Below, piece by piece: positions 10,594 to 23,335 of a stretch of 41,463 bases of DNA. The DNA comes from Parasitella parasitica NRRL 2501 (taxonomy: Eukaryota; Fungi; Mucoromycota), in NCBI GenBank assembly GCA_025201805.1, contig MU619292.1:19997-61459 (forward strand). The letters are read 5' to 3'. The position numbers were made by a program, and so were the translations under genes. The notes under the pieces are model-generated. The model ran no database searches and was not told the origin of the DNA. It saw only the letters and a list, made by a program, of their open reading frames with translations. Within the stretch, counting starts at the first letter, position 1. Each line of letters opens with the position of its first letter.

Positions 10594-13428
10594 ATGGATG
10601 CTATTACGCCAAAAATTCGAACCAAGAATGCCATAGAACATAACACATTATCATTTCACGCTTTGCGTGCAAAGTTTCAACCTAATCATCATATGAAAAA
10701 AGCGTCAGCATTAGTAGATTTTATGGTAAAAGTATATTTTCGTCCGAACTCAACATAAGCTAATGGTTCCACGTAGGATAATAGTAGTAGCAGCAAAAAA
10801 AAGAGAAATTATACGAGCACAATGCCAAAGCGCATTACAGCAGTAGCCAAAAACTTTACAGATCTTTCAGACCATTTGTCATTGAAGAGGAACATTACAA
10901 ATACGAGTTCGTTAGTTGATCTACCAAATTCAAAGACGGCTCCCTCTTTGTGGTCTAACAATAGCAGCTCAACGGCTACATATGATAACCCTATAGAAAT
11001 GGAGTACGAAGAAGAATGTGGTGAAGATGAGGAGGAAGAAGTTATTTCTGCAGTTGCGTCAGTGGCATCTATTGCAAGTGGTGTACCCCGTACGGGATCA
11101 TTTGTGAACGAATTAAGCAAAAGGCTTGTGCAGTCTGGCAAAAAAGGGGAGCCTGTTAGCCACATCACTACTGCCAACAGCATTAATACAGCATCTGGTA
11201 CGTCTTGTACGCCTATTCGACGATCGGCGCCTTTGGATGAGCTTATATTTCCAGTGGCAACGCCAATGCAGTATATACGCAAATCAGTACCTGCTTCGAC
11301 ATCATCTCCTTCATTGCTGAAACGATCCACAACAGGAACAAGTGTCCATAGTATGATATCTAACAACTCACCTACTGGCATGGATTGGAAAAGGTTTTCA
11401 CCACCACTTCCATTACCAGATCAACCACCATTGACCCGCTCATCGGCATTAAAGCGAGCTCGTGTTGTTCAGGAGTTGATAGCAACCGAAAAAAGCTATC
11501 AGGCTGATATGGAATTGATTCAGGAGATCTATCTAGATGACCAAGTGTTCTCGAAATTGGAAATTAAACAGATCTTTATCAACTTATTGGACATTATTGC
11601 GTTTGGAAAAGAGTTTGTCCAACTTTTAGAGTCATGTCAACAAGATGAATACCATAACGAAGGCGAAATGACTATTGGTATTGCATTTAGCATGATGATG
11701 CATCGTATGGAACAGATCTATGGCGACTACTGCAAGCGACATGAAGATGCAGTCTCCAAGATCCAAGAATTAACTCTTCAGTCATCTTCCATTCAAGCCT
11801 TTTTCACGGTAATATTTGCACCAAAGAAAATCTACGCTAGCTAAATAACTCTTTGAGAAAGTAGACATGTAAAAAGAAGATCCAAGGACGAACCATGTGT
11901 TGGGATTTACCAAGTTTGCTCATCAAGCCAGTGCAACGAGTATTAAAATACCCTTTATTATTGCGGGTAAAGTAATTAGCGATTCCATTGTCAAGAGTCC
12001 ACTCTGACACATAAATAGGAAATTGTCGCGTTAACACCTGAATTTCATCGAGACTTCGATCAATTAGTCATGGTCACAATGGAGATACAACAAGTAGCAG
12101 ATCATATCAATGAAATCAAAAGAAGAAAGGAGCTAGTCGAGCAACTGATGAGCGACAAAAAAAAAATGGACAAAAATGTCATCAACAAAAAGCTCACTCG
12201 AAAAATTCATCGCAAGAAGCAAATGTCAGCAATACAAGATACCATTTTTGACAGTCTTTATAAGCAATTTGAGTCTAAGCAAGAAATTGCAAAACAGTTT
12301 GAAAAAGTAGTTCAAGAATGGGTGGCAAAGATTCATCAAAACATCGAGTCTTTATCAGATCTTGTTGACAGTCTTGAGGCTGTATACGGAGATTCTGATG
12401 GAATTGGGCTAAGAAGTATACGTGCTTTCAGAAAGCTAGTGTCTCAGTTGCAATCATACACTGTCGTAAGTAGTGTTTAAATAAATAAATAAAATAAGGA
12501 CGGATAATTTACTAATATGACATGATACAGGAAAACACAGCTCAAGTGATATACGACAAAATTGAAGTCTATCTGAAGCTGTTCAAAAATCCGGCACATG
12601 TTGTAGATAAAAGAAATCGAAAATTGATAGATTATGATAGAATTCAACATCTGATGGCAAAAGGTGAAATGCCCGATAAACAGCTTCAAATATCTGCAGA
12701 ACAGTATTTGTCACTAAACGCTCATTTACTGGATGAATTGCCCATCTTTATATCATTATCTTCTGATTATTTTGATATAATTGTTCATGAGTTTGCTCAA
12801 GTTCAAGCAAAATATTGGCGTCATCATAAATCTGAATGGCAATCGTTGGCTAGTGAGCTACCTTTCGGTAAAGAGTACACATGGTCCGCCATAGAAAATG
12901 ATTATCAAAACAGCATGAATCGGATTGGATATCGCATCAATGAAATAAAGACGAAACTTTCATCATCACAACAGATAGAAAAGACCGCAGACGAAACGTC
13001 GTTGGGATCGAGTACAATTTCAAAAGGTAGTTTGTAGTATTGGTAAAATGTCTCCTTTCAAACATTAATATGTCAACATTATAGATGAAGAAGACGCTTC
13101 AATCTGCGTTGTTTCCTCAAAAGCTGATGAGCGGATCATTAGCAAGAAATATGATAGCTTATTTAGCGAATCGCAACCAGTATTTCAGTGTATTGCGGTA
13201 GTGGATTACGAATCGCCCGAAAAGTTAAAGGTTCAAGAAGGCGATTTGGTTCAAATTTGGCTGCCTACATCGAACTATGAAAATAGCACCCTAGACTCAA
13301 CAACTACAGCCACAATGACAGATGTCAGTAGCACCGCAAGTACCGAATGGTGGTATGCCAGTAAGCAGCAAGATTCAAATGGGTCAATATATGGCTGGAT
13401 TCCATCAAATATCTGCGAAAAAATCTGA
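10594..13428 (+). CDS. RhoGEF (DH) - BAR - SH3 protein (Gef1/Tuba-like architecture), multi-exon
   Basis: DH motifs RARVVQELIATEKSY and LLIKPVQRVLKYPLLL; helical region KRNRKLIDYDR...YLSLNAHLLDELP (BAR-like); SH3 motifs AVVDY...WWYA...GWIPSN; start inferred at 10594 (MDAITPK). Confidence 0.85.
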
Positions 13429-14171
13429 ATAAATTATATTTTTGCTAGGGTCCTTGGGTGTTAAAAAATTTACACGATAAATATACATCCCAAGCAATGT
13501 GTTTTTAATACGCGAACTATCGGGATTCCTACCCGCTGGCTTGAGATGCACAATTAAATCAATGAGTCATCTCCGGCTTAACCAACATCTGTTGTGTTTG
13601 ACTACCATGTTATAAAAATTTGGCCTTTTGTCGCTTTTCAGTATTTTGATATTTGGGTTATGTTAAAGCAAGAAAATGATCTACAATGCAAACCAAAAAG
13701 TTCCCGTGCATTTTTTTTTTATTTGTTTACGAGCACTCTGAAACCAGAGAAATCGATCTACTCTTTATTTATGTACACAAGCTGATTGGCCCTTTTATCT
13801 ACCACAGGAAAGTCCAGAGACACGCAAATCAGTTGGCATTTAACAGCTACATAAGATGAATACAGCAAAAACATTCCAATAAAGTACATTTCTGTGAAAA
13901 CATGTCGTGAATACGAAATAAAAAAATTGTTTCGGTGGTTTTGCACAAGAATGGAATTTGAATCTGAATCCGGGTTTGCTGTGCATTTGAATTTATTGGT
14001 TTTTACCTCTTTGATCCCAATCTCAGACCTTTTTTTTTTTTTTTTTTTTTCAATAAATCGTCAATCTTTGCCAGCGCGCTGCTTTCTATTCTTTCTTCTT
14101 ACTAAAAAAATTTTCAAGTATGTTAATTGATACATTTATAAAGACAGTTGAATACTAATCTCTTCAATAGA

Positions 14172-14720
14172 ATGGCTGAAGAAAATCATGACAACCACAC
14201 CTTCGAGACTGCCGATGCTGGTGCTTCTCTTACTTACCCCATGCAATGCTCTGCTTTGAGAAAGAATGGCCATGTTGTTATTAAGGGAAGACCCTGTAAG
14301 ATTATCGATATGTCTACCTCCAAAACTGGTAAGCACGGCCACGCCAAGGTTCATCTGGTTGCCACTGATATCTTTACCGGAAAGTAAGTTTTTTCTTGTG
14401 CATCGATATATTGAGAAAACTAATTGATTCGCTCTATATTGAACGATAGGAAATACGAAGATCTTTCTCCCTCTACCCACAATATGGACGTACCTAATGT
14501 CTCTCGTCAAGACTATGATCTTCTTAATATTGATGATGGCTTCCTCTCCTTGATGCTTTCGGATGGCTCCATAAAGGATGATGTGAAACTCCCTGAAGGT
14601 GAAATCGGCGATAAGTTGGAAGAAGGATTCGAAGAAGGCAAAGAACTGGTAGTCTCTGTTGTTTCTGCCATGGGTGAAGAAAAGGCCTTGACTTTTAAGG
14701 AAGCTCCCAAGGCTGCTTAA
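14172..14720 (+). CDS. eIF5A: Eukaryotic translation initiation factor 5A
   Basis: Hypusination motif [12 protein letters not shown]; exons 14172-14383 and 14450-14720; probable 5'UTR intron ending at 14170. Confidence 0.97.
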
Positions 14721-15276
14721 TAATTTCTTTATTCTAAAAGTTTTTTTTTTTCTATCGTCTATTATTTAAAAAGCACCAACTTTTTATTCGCTCATTGTAA
14801 ATTAACTTTGTACAAAAAAGAATAAAGTATTTAAGCCAGAGAAAGCAACTTTGGCAGATATGACTAACTGCGTTTAAATTCTATATTTTTTGACAGCTGA
14901 GATTTGTTTTGACAGACCAATAAAATCGCTTGATAATCAACTCCATTAAACTTCCGAATCTTTGGCCGAAGCCTTGATTCATGAGAAATGGTCCAGAACC
15001 ATTTTCATCCGTTATATCTCTTGGGTTAGTTTTGTAGTTTTCTCGATTCTGAAAACCTTGTGATGTAGTAATTATGCCATACTTGGTATGATACTGCCTT
15101 CGTCTGCATCTTAACTTGAAGGAATGAAGGACTATTCTCATGAATTAGACATTGATGACAGATGACATCACGAATGCGGCTCTTCAATAGATAACCTTCA
15201 ACATGTTTGCTGGCTGAGACTAAGGATGCTGTGCAAGAGCACCATCTTCATCTTGTCTCTAATTGCTTGGGAGAAA

Positions 15277-16029
15277 ATGTTTAGGCCTGTATTGAAGTCT
15301 TTACAGCAAAATCAAGGACGCCAAAATATGTTAAGCTTACGATCGTCGAAGCACGTCTTTGCGACAATAAATCAAATTAGTCGCATTGCATCCCCTGGCT
15401 TTTATCGTCGCCAGCCTTATTCTTCTTCTAGCAGCAGCAGTAAATCTAGTTGGGGCCAAGGAAACGTTTCTGCAGGAATGTACACAGCCTCATTATTCAT
15501 TACCATGTTGGGTATGTCATATGCGGCCGTACCTCTTTATCGATTATTCTGCGCCAGCACAGGCTACAGCGGTACACCAGTGATTGACACAGCTCGTTTT
15601 GCCAAAGAGAGACTTGTTCCTAAGCAAGATAGTAGACGTATTCGTATAACGTTTGAGTCCAATACATCTGACTCACTGCCTTGGACATTTAAGCCGGAAG
15701 TTCGTGAAGTCTATGTAGTACCAGGAGAAACTGCATTGACATTCTACAAAGCCAAGAGTAAAGCCAAAGAAGATGTCATTGGCATTGCCACCTACAATGT
15801 CACACCTTATCGTGCTGGTTCTTACTTTAACAAAATCCAATGCTTCTGTTTCGAAGAGCAAAAGCTAACTCCAGGGGAAGATGTAGATATGCCTGTGTTT
15901 TTCTTCATAGATCCTGATTTCTTGGAGGATCCATTGATGAAAGATGTCAACACAATTACACTCAGTTATACCTTTTTCAATTCTAAATATGCGAAAGGTT
16001 TGGCTCCTGTCCAACCTCAAGCCCTATAG
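15277..16029 (+). CDS. COX11: Cytochrome c oxidase assembly copper chaperone Cox11
   Basis: YAAVPLYRLFC, YFNKIQCFCFEEQ, MPVFFFIDP, ITLSYTFF; presequence-like N-terminus from ATG 15277. Confidence 0.95.
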   Translation: MFRPVLKSLQQNQGRQNMLSLRSSKHVFATINQISRIASPGFYRRQPYSSSSSSSKSSWGQGNVSAGMYTASLFITMLGMSYAAVPLYRLFCASTGYSGTPVIDTARFAKERLVPKQDSRRIRITFESNTSDSLPWTFKPEVREVYVVPGETALTFYKAKSKAKEDVIGIATYNVTPYRAGSYFNKIQCFCFEEQKLTPGEDVDMPVFFFIDPDFLEDPLMKDVNTITLSYTFFNSKYAKGLAPVQPQAL

Positions 16030-16825
16030 ACCACATTTCTTATTACATGTATTAAAAAAGTTGGCATAAAAGAAGTACTTTGTAATTATATTTACTTGGG
16101 TGAATGAGGGTAGTTTTAGTGCAATCGGTACAGCATTTGATGTGGAAAATCAGCCACCAATATTACTACCCCCCAGCAGCCGTTGTATACATTGACTCTG
16201 CTATAGATCGTTAGATAAAATTGACCGATTAAGGGTGAGTTTATACGCATATTTCAGACGAAAATAGCTTGAGTTTCTTGGTGGCAAGAAAACAAAAAGG
16301 CGTCTTTTGCCAGAAAATATTTGTGAGCAGCGAGCAGTGAATAGTGGACGTATTGAAAAGCTTTGCGGATTTCAAGTATCCTGATGTGTGCCTTTGAAAT
16401 GTTAATCTATTTGGCCCATGATGCTTGAAATTTTCGTGTACTTTCGTATATCCTCTCATAAGCATATATCCAGCTTTGATTGGATCAGAAGCTGCCATTT
16501 TGCTGAACACGTTTATTGTAGTCGCTTTATCATCTATTTTTCACATTACCATAGCACACTTTTTTAAAATTTTGTAAGGCGAATTCAAGTATATATTTAT
16601 TGCTATTACATATGCATGTCTCTAATTATCAGGATCTGATAGATCGTGAAGTAGTGCCATGTGCGTTTGCTAGGGGGGGGGGAGATTCAGTCCACAAAGT
16701 ATCTTCATCTTCTTTACAAAATTGTAATACCGTACTATAAATGCAAAATTACTAAAGCATTTATTGGATGAAAAACAGAACTTTTAATTCCACAAATGCA
16801 GAACACTTACATGGACCTTTTTCTT

Positions 16826-17263
16826 TTATTTTTTGTTTGCATCAGTCTCTGATGATAAAGGGGAGCAGTAACCGATGAATGAATCAAGGTTTTGTCCATC
16901 AGGGTAGACTGCAGGAGACGAAATATACTCTGAATTCAAACTAGCTTGGTATTGACCTGCGGCATGTTGTCTTGCTTGTTTCTGTTGCGATGTCAAGGGT
17001 GTTTGTGGCTGCTCCTCTAAAACCTTGCCATCATCATTTTGGAATCGTGTATAATTTACTTTTCGAAGTGATTCATGTCTTGGTGGAACTGTGGTTACCC
17101 CTTTAGCAAAATAATCATTACTACCCTTAAAATCTAGCAAAGGAGGATTGCTATTGTTTTCTTCAACATTTGCCATAGAAGAGCTTCTTTGCATAATAGT
17201 ATTGTCAGATATCGATCTATTCATGCAAATATCCTGTCGTGGTTGTTGTAGATATTGTTGTAA

Positions 17264-17323
<60 letters not shown>

Positions 17324-19881
17324 GTGACAGTTGCTGGCAGAAGGCGCAGTGCCAATTATGGTTGTTAGTTGAGGTGGGTATTGATTATTACATTGTTGAT
17401 CTACTGGTGAATTGGATTTGTTGTTGCTGCCTATCATTGGAGGATTCATAGGTTGCGTCAGGAGTAGACTATTGTTGGTAACTGGCGTATTGTTTGACAG
17501 TGTCAAGTATAATAAATTACTTTGAGAAAATTGGCTATATGGGCTCTTTCCTTCCAATGCTTGTTGTAATTTAGGCTCGTTATTTCTTCGCGCCATATCC
17601 TCAGCTTTGGGAAATAACATTTCAAAATGTAGAATAAGATCTTCGAACAGATCGTCAGGAGACCACTCGCATGATCCTTCTTCAGTTTGGTTGAAATCGT
17701 GGAAAATTACAGGAGTAAATATCAAAGCCAAATTGGGGATATTCATCTTGTTGATATGGCTATTAGCATTCACACTAAGGCCAAAAAAAATGTCAGTAAT
17801 AAATAGTGCAATTCAAAGTAAATATGTACTTTGCTAAATGGCGCACAACGAATAGTAATGTGCTGCGGTGAGCTAATGATAAATTGGATAGCTTTGTTTC
17901 CATCAATTGGAATCGCTTAATTTGAGGCATACTTTCTATGGGCAAATAGTAAATTTCCATCCTTAACAAGATCTGTTCGCAACTTACTGTTGTAAGATGA
18001 CCTCGACTGAACGTTGAAATCAAATAAAGGTCTTTTTAATTCACGAATGTACATCTTTAATACCGTTGTAATTGTGAATACATCATAAGTATCAAGCGAG
18101 ACTCTATCTTCATCTAATTCAAACTGATGCTTCAAATGTTCGATATTCGCCTGTCTGCCAGAGACTCTGTAAATTCCTTCTTTTTGTAAACCACCCATTT
18201 TCTCGATTGACTCGATGCACTTGAGTATGACCAGCGGTACAGTTTTATTGTGTTCGATAGCATACGTTTCTAAAGAACCTCCAAAAAGAACCTCTGAACA
18301 GTTGAATTTTTATCAGTCTATCCCAACCATCTGCTTCTAATTCATATTATTTACCTTTGCACTTTCCCTCGAGATAAAAGTTTTCGTATCGAACTGGTGT
18401 GGGGTAGCAATATCTTTGGTTTTGGTAATGGTTGTTAAATATTTGGATATCTTTGGAGCTATCAATACAGGCAGCTGCATCATACGAAGAACGAGAGATC
18501 TATATTCGATTCAGTATTAGTAGGATTTTGATCGCCTTTTGTGGACTTACATTCATTTCGGCTTGCAAAGAATCCAATTCAGAACGTAGGATATTTTTAA
18601 GTGAAGTTTTGACAGTTTCTGTTTTTCTTTTGATTGTGCTTTTGAGTTGCTAATCGATAAAATTATATTAAAACATGTGCTCAGTTATTGTATATAAGCT
18701 AATACTCACTCTATTTACTTCTTCGGTTGCCTTGGTCTGTTTTTTTCTCAAATTTTCCAATACAAGAATCCCTTCTCTGTACTCATTATCGGCGTCCGTA
18801 ATATCTTTCTTCATCCTAGCAAATTTCGCAATCTGCTTATTTTGATCCAGAGGAGCCAAATATGCATTTCCTGTAGCTCTTGTCCGCATGTGAGATATGA
18901 GTCCAGCCATACTCTTTTTATTATGTTGATCTGCATTATTGTGTGATGCGATTGAAGCTATATCGATATCCCTGCCGTGATCTTCAGATGATCTTGACGG
19001 ATTAGGAGAATCAATAGAATTTCTACTTAACTTATGAAATTCGTTGCTTTCAGTTTGTTGTTGCATTATCGGCTGTTGCACTACCGGCTGCTGTTGAACT
19101 TGCTGTTGCTGTTGCTGTATTTGCTGTTGCTGCCAACTATTTTGGGCGAATTTTAGATCTTCGCATTTATGAGTGTATGTTTTTTGAAGCTATCAAGAAA
19201 GATTGGACTTGAACGATTAAATTTCCATTGAAAATTAATTTGATTGAAGAATCTGTACCTTAGCAATATCACGGTTACGGAACATGGTATAATTATTATT
19301 GGCGTCGTAAAGTTTAGCCTTGTAAGTTTTTCGGCTGTTCTCTTCGATTTCCTGATAAACAGAAGAAACTTGAGCATAAACAATGTTTTATCCAGCTTTA
19401 CTAACCTTTTGTTTAACCAGGACATCAATCTCCAGTTTGATTGTATCCTTGAATAGTTCTCGACTTTTAATGACATCAATTATTGTGCCTTCATAAAATT
19501 TTACTGCATTTTGAAACGATAATTGAGAATCAGAGTGAGTTCCATCATTAGAAGCCAACTTCTTGACTTTATACAATGCCGTCAAATAAGCCTCCTCTGC
19601 TGATAACCTTTTATAAAAATATAGTTGGTAAAAAGCATGTGGATTCTTTGGACTTATATATTACCGCGTACGTAACATCAGAATGATATTATCTAAATCG
19701 TTAATACTATATTTGAATGTCGTGTTGATAAATTCGAAATGTTTTTCTATCGACAAAAGCTGCTTGTAATTAAAAACGTTGAAACCTTTTGTTTGAACTA
19801 TACCCTTACCTCATCCTCATTTGGAGTTGGTAATTGCGATATACTGCGCCCTCTTCCTCGAGTGATATAAGAAGACGTCAT
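16826..19881 (-). CDS. F-BAR/helical N-terminus plus RhoGAP domain protein, multi-exon
   Basis: GLQKEGIYRVSG arginine finger, VLKMYIRELKRPLF, NKMNIPNLALIFTP; N-terminal coiled-coil exons; start MTSSYITRG at 19881. Confidence 0.88.
17264..17323 (-). repeat. CAA/CAG repeat encoding polyglutamine in the RhoGAP tail
   Basis: (TGTTGC)n on + strand; a second Q-rich tract lies near 19090-19135. Confidence 0.9.
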
Positions 19882-19926
19882 TATCCGTAAAAAAAATACT
19901 TGGAAAAAAGTATAATAAGAAAAAAC

Positions 19927-20076
19927 AAAGGGGAAAGAGAAAGAGAAAGGGAAAGAGAAAGAGAAAGAGAAAGAGAAAGAGAAAGAGAAAGAGAAAGAGA
20001 AAGAGAAAGAGAAAGGGAAAGGGAAAGGGAAAGGGAAAGGGAAAGGGAAAGGGTAAGGGCAAGGGAAAGGGAAGAA
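19927..20076. repeat. (GAAAGA)n(GAAAGG)n polypurine hexamer repeat just upstream of the RhoGAP start
   Basis: Direct reading; purine-only from 19927 to 20053. Confidence 0.92.
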
Positions 20077-23000
20077 ACAGCCTAACAATAAACCTTAAAA
20101 AAGAATTCCTACACTCTTTTTCTTGATCCTTATGCTAGTTTAGCCACATCACATCTTGCTACGAAGTTAATATTATAGTTTATTATGAATTTCATATACT
20201 AAGAAATGTGCCTGACGCTGTATCTAAGTTTCCTTAGTCAATCGAGTTAAAAATACATTATAAGTGTGATATATAGCACATGCTTCGCTCAATGTTATCA
20301 GCTTGAGCGTTTCACGTTGTACAAATAGCGCATAATCAATACTTTGAATTGCCCAAGAATATGGGGTAAATTTCAAAGCTTGGTATAATTGTAATACCAG
20401 TTTTTTGTTGTAATAAACCACTGACACATCCGATCATATCATGTGAAGATATTTCATTAAAGCAGCCTTTTTCTTCTTAAGAAATGGGATAAATAATGAT
20501 CTTATATGTGTAACGTTTGTAGATGTAGCAAGTTATATTTAGAGCAAACAATCCTCCTCGATAATTGATGTAGCTATGGGTTGTTATCATTTTACTCTAA
20601 AATAGTTGTTGATTGCAAAAGAAAGGTTGAGTGTTTTTAAACACCATCCCAAAAGCCGAACGTTTATTTATTTTTTATTCATAATATATAGCGATTCTGG
20701 TTAGAAGCCAAGATGTATTTATGTGTGGCCATGCTATCAGATTAGCCAGTAATAACTGGCAACTTCCGTTACCTGTATAAACCATAATATATCTGACATT
20801 TTCTATATTGGTAAGAATACTCGTTCTCAGACTGCCTATAAACTATTACTAACTACTCCTCAATTTACACAAGCTAATATTTGATAAAAGGTACGCAACA
20901 CCTATATTTTCACCAGTAATCATACTCTTTACTGCTCTCTATCTCTTTTTGGTGGGCATTGTCGATTTAGCGAGTTCAGCGTGAATTCTAATAGCATCTG
21001 TAGTCCTTCGTCTTTTTCAAATCCATTCCAGTTTATTGATTTTCGAGAAGTATGTTGTACCAGGAGTCTTGAAAAGGGTACACCAGAGAATTATATATGA
21101 TTGAATATAACTTTAGTTGTCTATTTACATAGAATAAATCTACATTTATCAGAATCTGTGAATACAATCAGATCATGTTTGACATTTTGTTATATCTATA
21201 CCTAGAACCATTATTTTAATTCGGTTGTCATGGCAACAGTTCCTGATCGGATCTAATTTCGCCGGAAATTCTATTAATCATGAAAGGCCGAATTAAGAAA
21301 CCATTCACTGGGTTCTACTTAATCCTAATTACAAAGCTGAGCTTATCGATGTATGATTTACATTAATAATGATTAGCTGATCGAAGATAATTAGTTTTTG
21401 CTCTGACTAACTATCTTCATTAGCAAATGCATAATAAAATCAATGACGATGGTAGGATGACAATGCCCTGCATAATAAAGTGGCATAAGATTGATCTAAA
21501 AGGTACCGATATTTGAAATCGGTATTTAAATGGCCTAATCAAAAATTTGACTTATAAAATCATCTGTAAAACTTAAAAGAAAGATGTTTGTTGGAAATAA
21601 AAAGATAAAAAACCGGTGGTTAACGAGATACGAAGACTTTATGATACTTTATTTAAGATCGAAATTGCATCTGGGTTATTTATACCTTTTACAACTACAT
21701 AAATTTATAGTGACTCATTTAGATTACAAATTGGCAACAAAATACTTAGTAACAATCTGCTTGACAGGATATGATGTAAGGCTATACAACAAGGGCTGTA
21801 CGTCTTTGATCTGACAGTGCCTTAACCCCGATCCTGGTGCTCAGATCTGTGTTTATTAAAGGAATAACTTTCTTGATTTCTCTAGTTTACACAAGCGTAT
21901 CACATCACATCATTGGACAGTCTTCAATCTTCATTTGAAGTACATTGCTATGATCTCCTAGTTATAATTATGGCAGATCAACAAATATTTTTATAAACTG
22001 TGGAATCGGTATGAATTGTTATATGGATTCACGGAAAAAATTATAATAAAAAAACAATAATGTCAACTTGATAAAGGTATAGGTTTTATTATCAAATCGA
22101 CAGGTGTATAAAGCTCCCGTTCATCTACTGGCCAAGTAGATGAACCTTTATATACTTAAACTGTGGATAAATGTTCTACTCTCGCAATTTAACATGTACG
22201 GCAATACTGCGTAACTAGCATCTTAACTTTGTGCTAACCTACATATCAGCAGACTCAAGATACCTTAAATCTATTTGAGTGAGGAGATAGACTTTACCCG
22301 AGGTGGTATCCTGATCAATCTTCTATGCGAAGATTATTAATATTGATCCAAAAGCGTATATCATTTCTTGTATAGTCTTATCCAGTCTATATTAATAGTG
22401 CATGACTGAGTGTATATCACTTAGCTTTCACCTTAGCATATATCGGTATATGTAGCATGTCTATAGCATGTCATAAGCATATCTATAGCATTGCATATAT
22501 TGTACAAGTCTGTAGTAAATAATATATCTGTAGCTAGTATCATGGATATAAGTATGTGTCTTATAGTGCGTATCGAGAAACTGGGAATACGCATCTGAAG
22601 CATAAATCTTATATAGCATAAGCTCGTAGAATACACTAGATTTAGTAAATGTCTGAGGCTCGTGTCGAGATATAAATATAAGTCTATAGCGTCATCCATT
22701 CTAATGGTGTCATCTCTAGCTTATATCTTATATAGTATAAATCTGTATTGCACATCTTATTATCTGTGCGCATATGTTGTAGTCTATATCAATTTAAGGT
22801 AACTGGATGAATCTAGAAATGGAATGCAGATCATCATAGTGAATGTATTTCACACTGTGTATATTATTTGAGTGTTTAAAAAGCTGTAGTATCTCAGCGA
22901 TAGAATAGCAAAAGCTATGATCCAAAATGTTTTAAACGTAAGAAAGTTCGATTTACTTCAAATATACAGCATAATTCCAAGATGAGACGTTCTCAGTTTT

Positions 23001-23108
23001 CAACATCAAACTCAGGAACATAGCTTCCATTGGCTCAGACTTTGATCACGTGCGTATTATTAAATAAAATTAGAAAAGTAATTAATATATTATGAATTAA
23101 TATAAGAA

Positions 23109-23182
23109 GCTCGCTTAGCTCAGTTGGTTAGAGCGTGGTGCTAATAACGCCAAGGTCACAAGTTCGACCCTTGTAGTGAGCA
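23109..23182 (+). tRNA. tRNA-Ile(AAT): tRNA-Ile (anticodon AAT)
   Basis: Acceptor GCTCGCT/AGTGAGC, D arm GCTCAGTTGGTTAGAGC, anticodon arm TGGTG-CTAATAA-CGCCA, T arm ACAAG-TTCGACC-CTTGT; downstream T run as Pol III terminator. Confidence 0.96.
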
Positions 23183-23335
23183 TTATTTTTTGCGGATATT
23201 TTTGAATGTGGTGCTTGTAGAAAATTATGTTGAATTGTTTGACCAAGTTAAAGTTCATAAATTTTTATTACGTTGCAGTATAGCATGAATACTAATCCCA
23301 TAAATAAATCCTTTATATAAATCATAAACTCTGCA

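Noticed and set aside
15226-16029. Intronless COX11 (and OYE at 4234-5337) as retrocopies or horizontal transfers
   Set aside because: No poly(A) remnant or TSD; composition is like neighbouring genes; cannot be supported without phylogeny.
17239-17451. VAVAVA ORF
   Set aside because: Antisense reading of the polyQ codons.
5516-19881. Palmitoyltransferase, RhoGEF-BAR and F-BAR RhoGAP as a membrane-remodelling cluster linked to the gellin
   Set aside because: Interspersed with unrelated housekeeping genes; these families are large; no sequence evidence of co-regulation.
19798-20088. FPFP/FSFS, FLFL and ERER ORFs
   Set aside because: Products of the hexamer microsatellite; the real start is more plausibly 19881.
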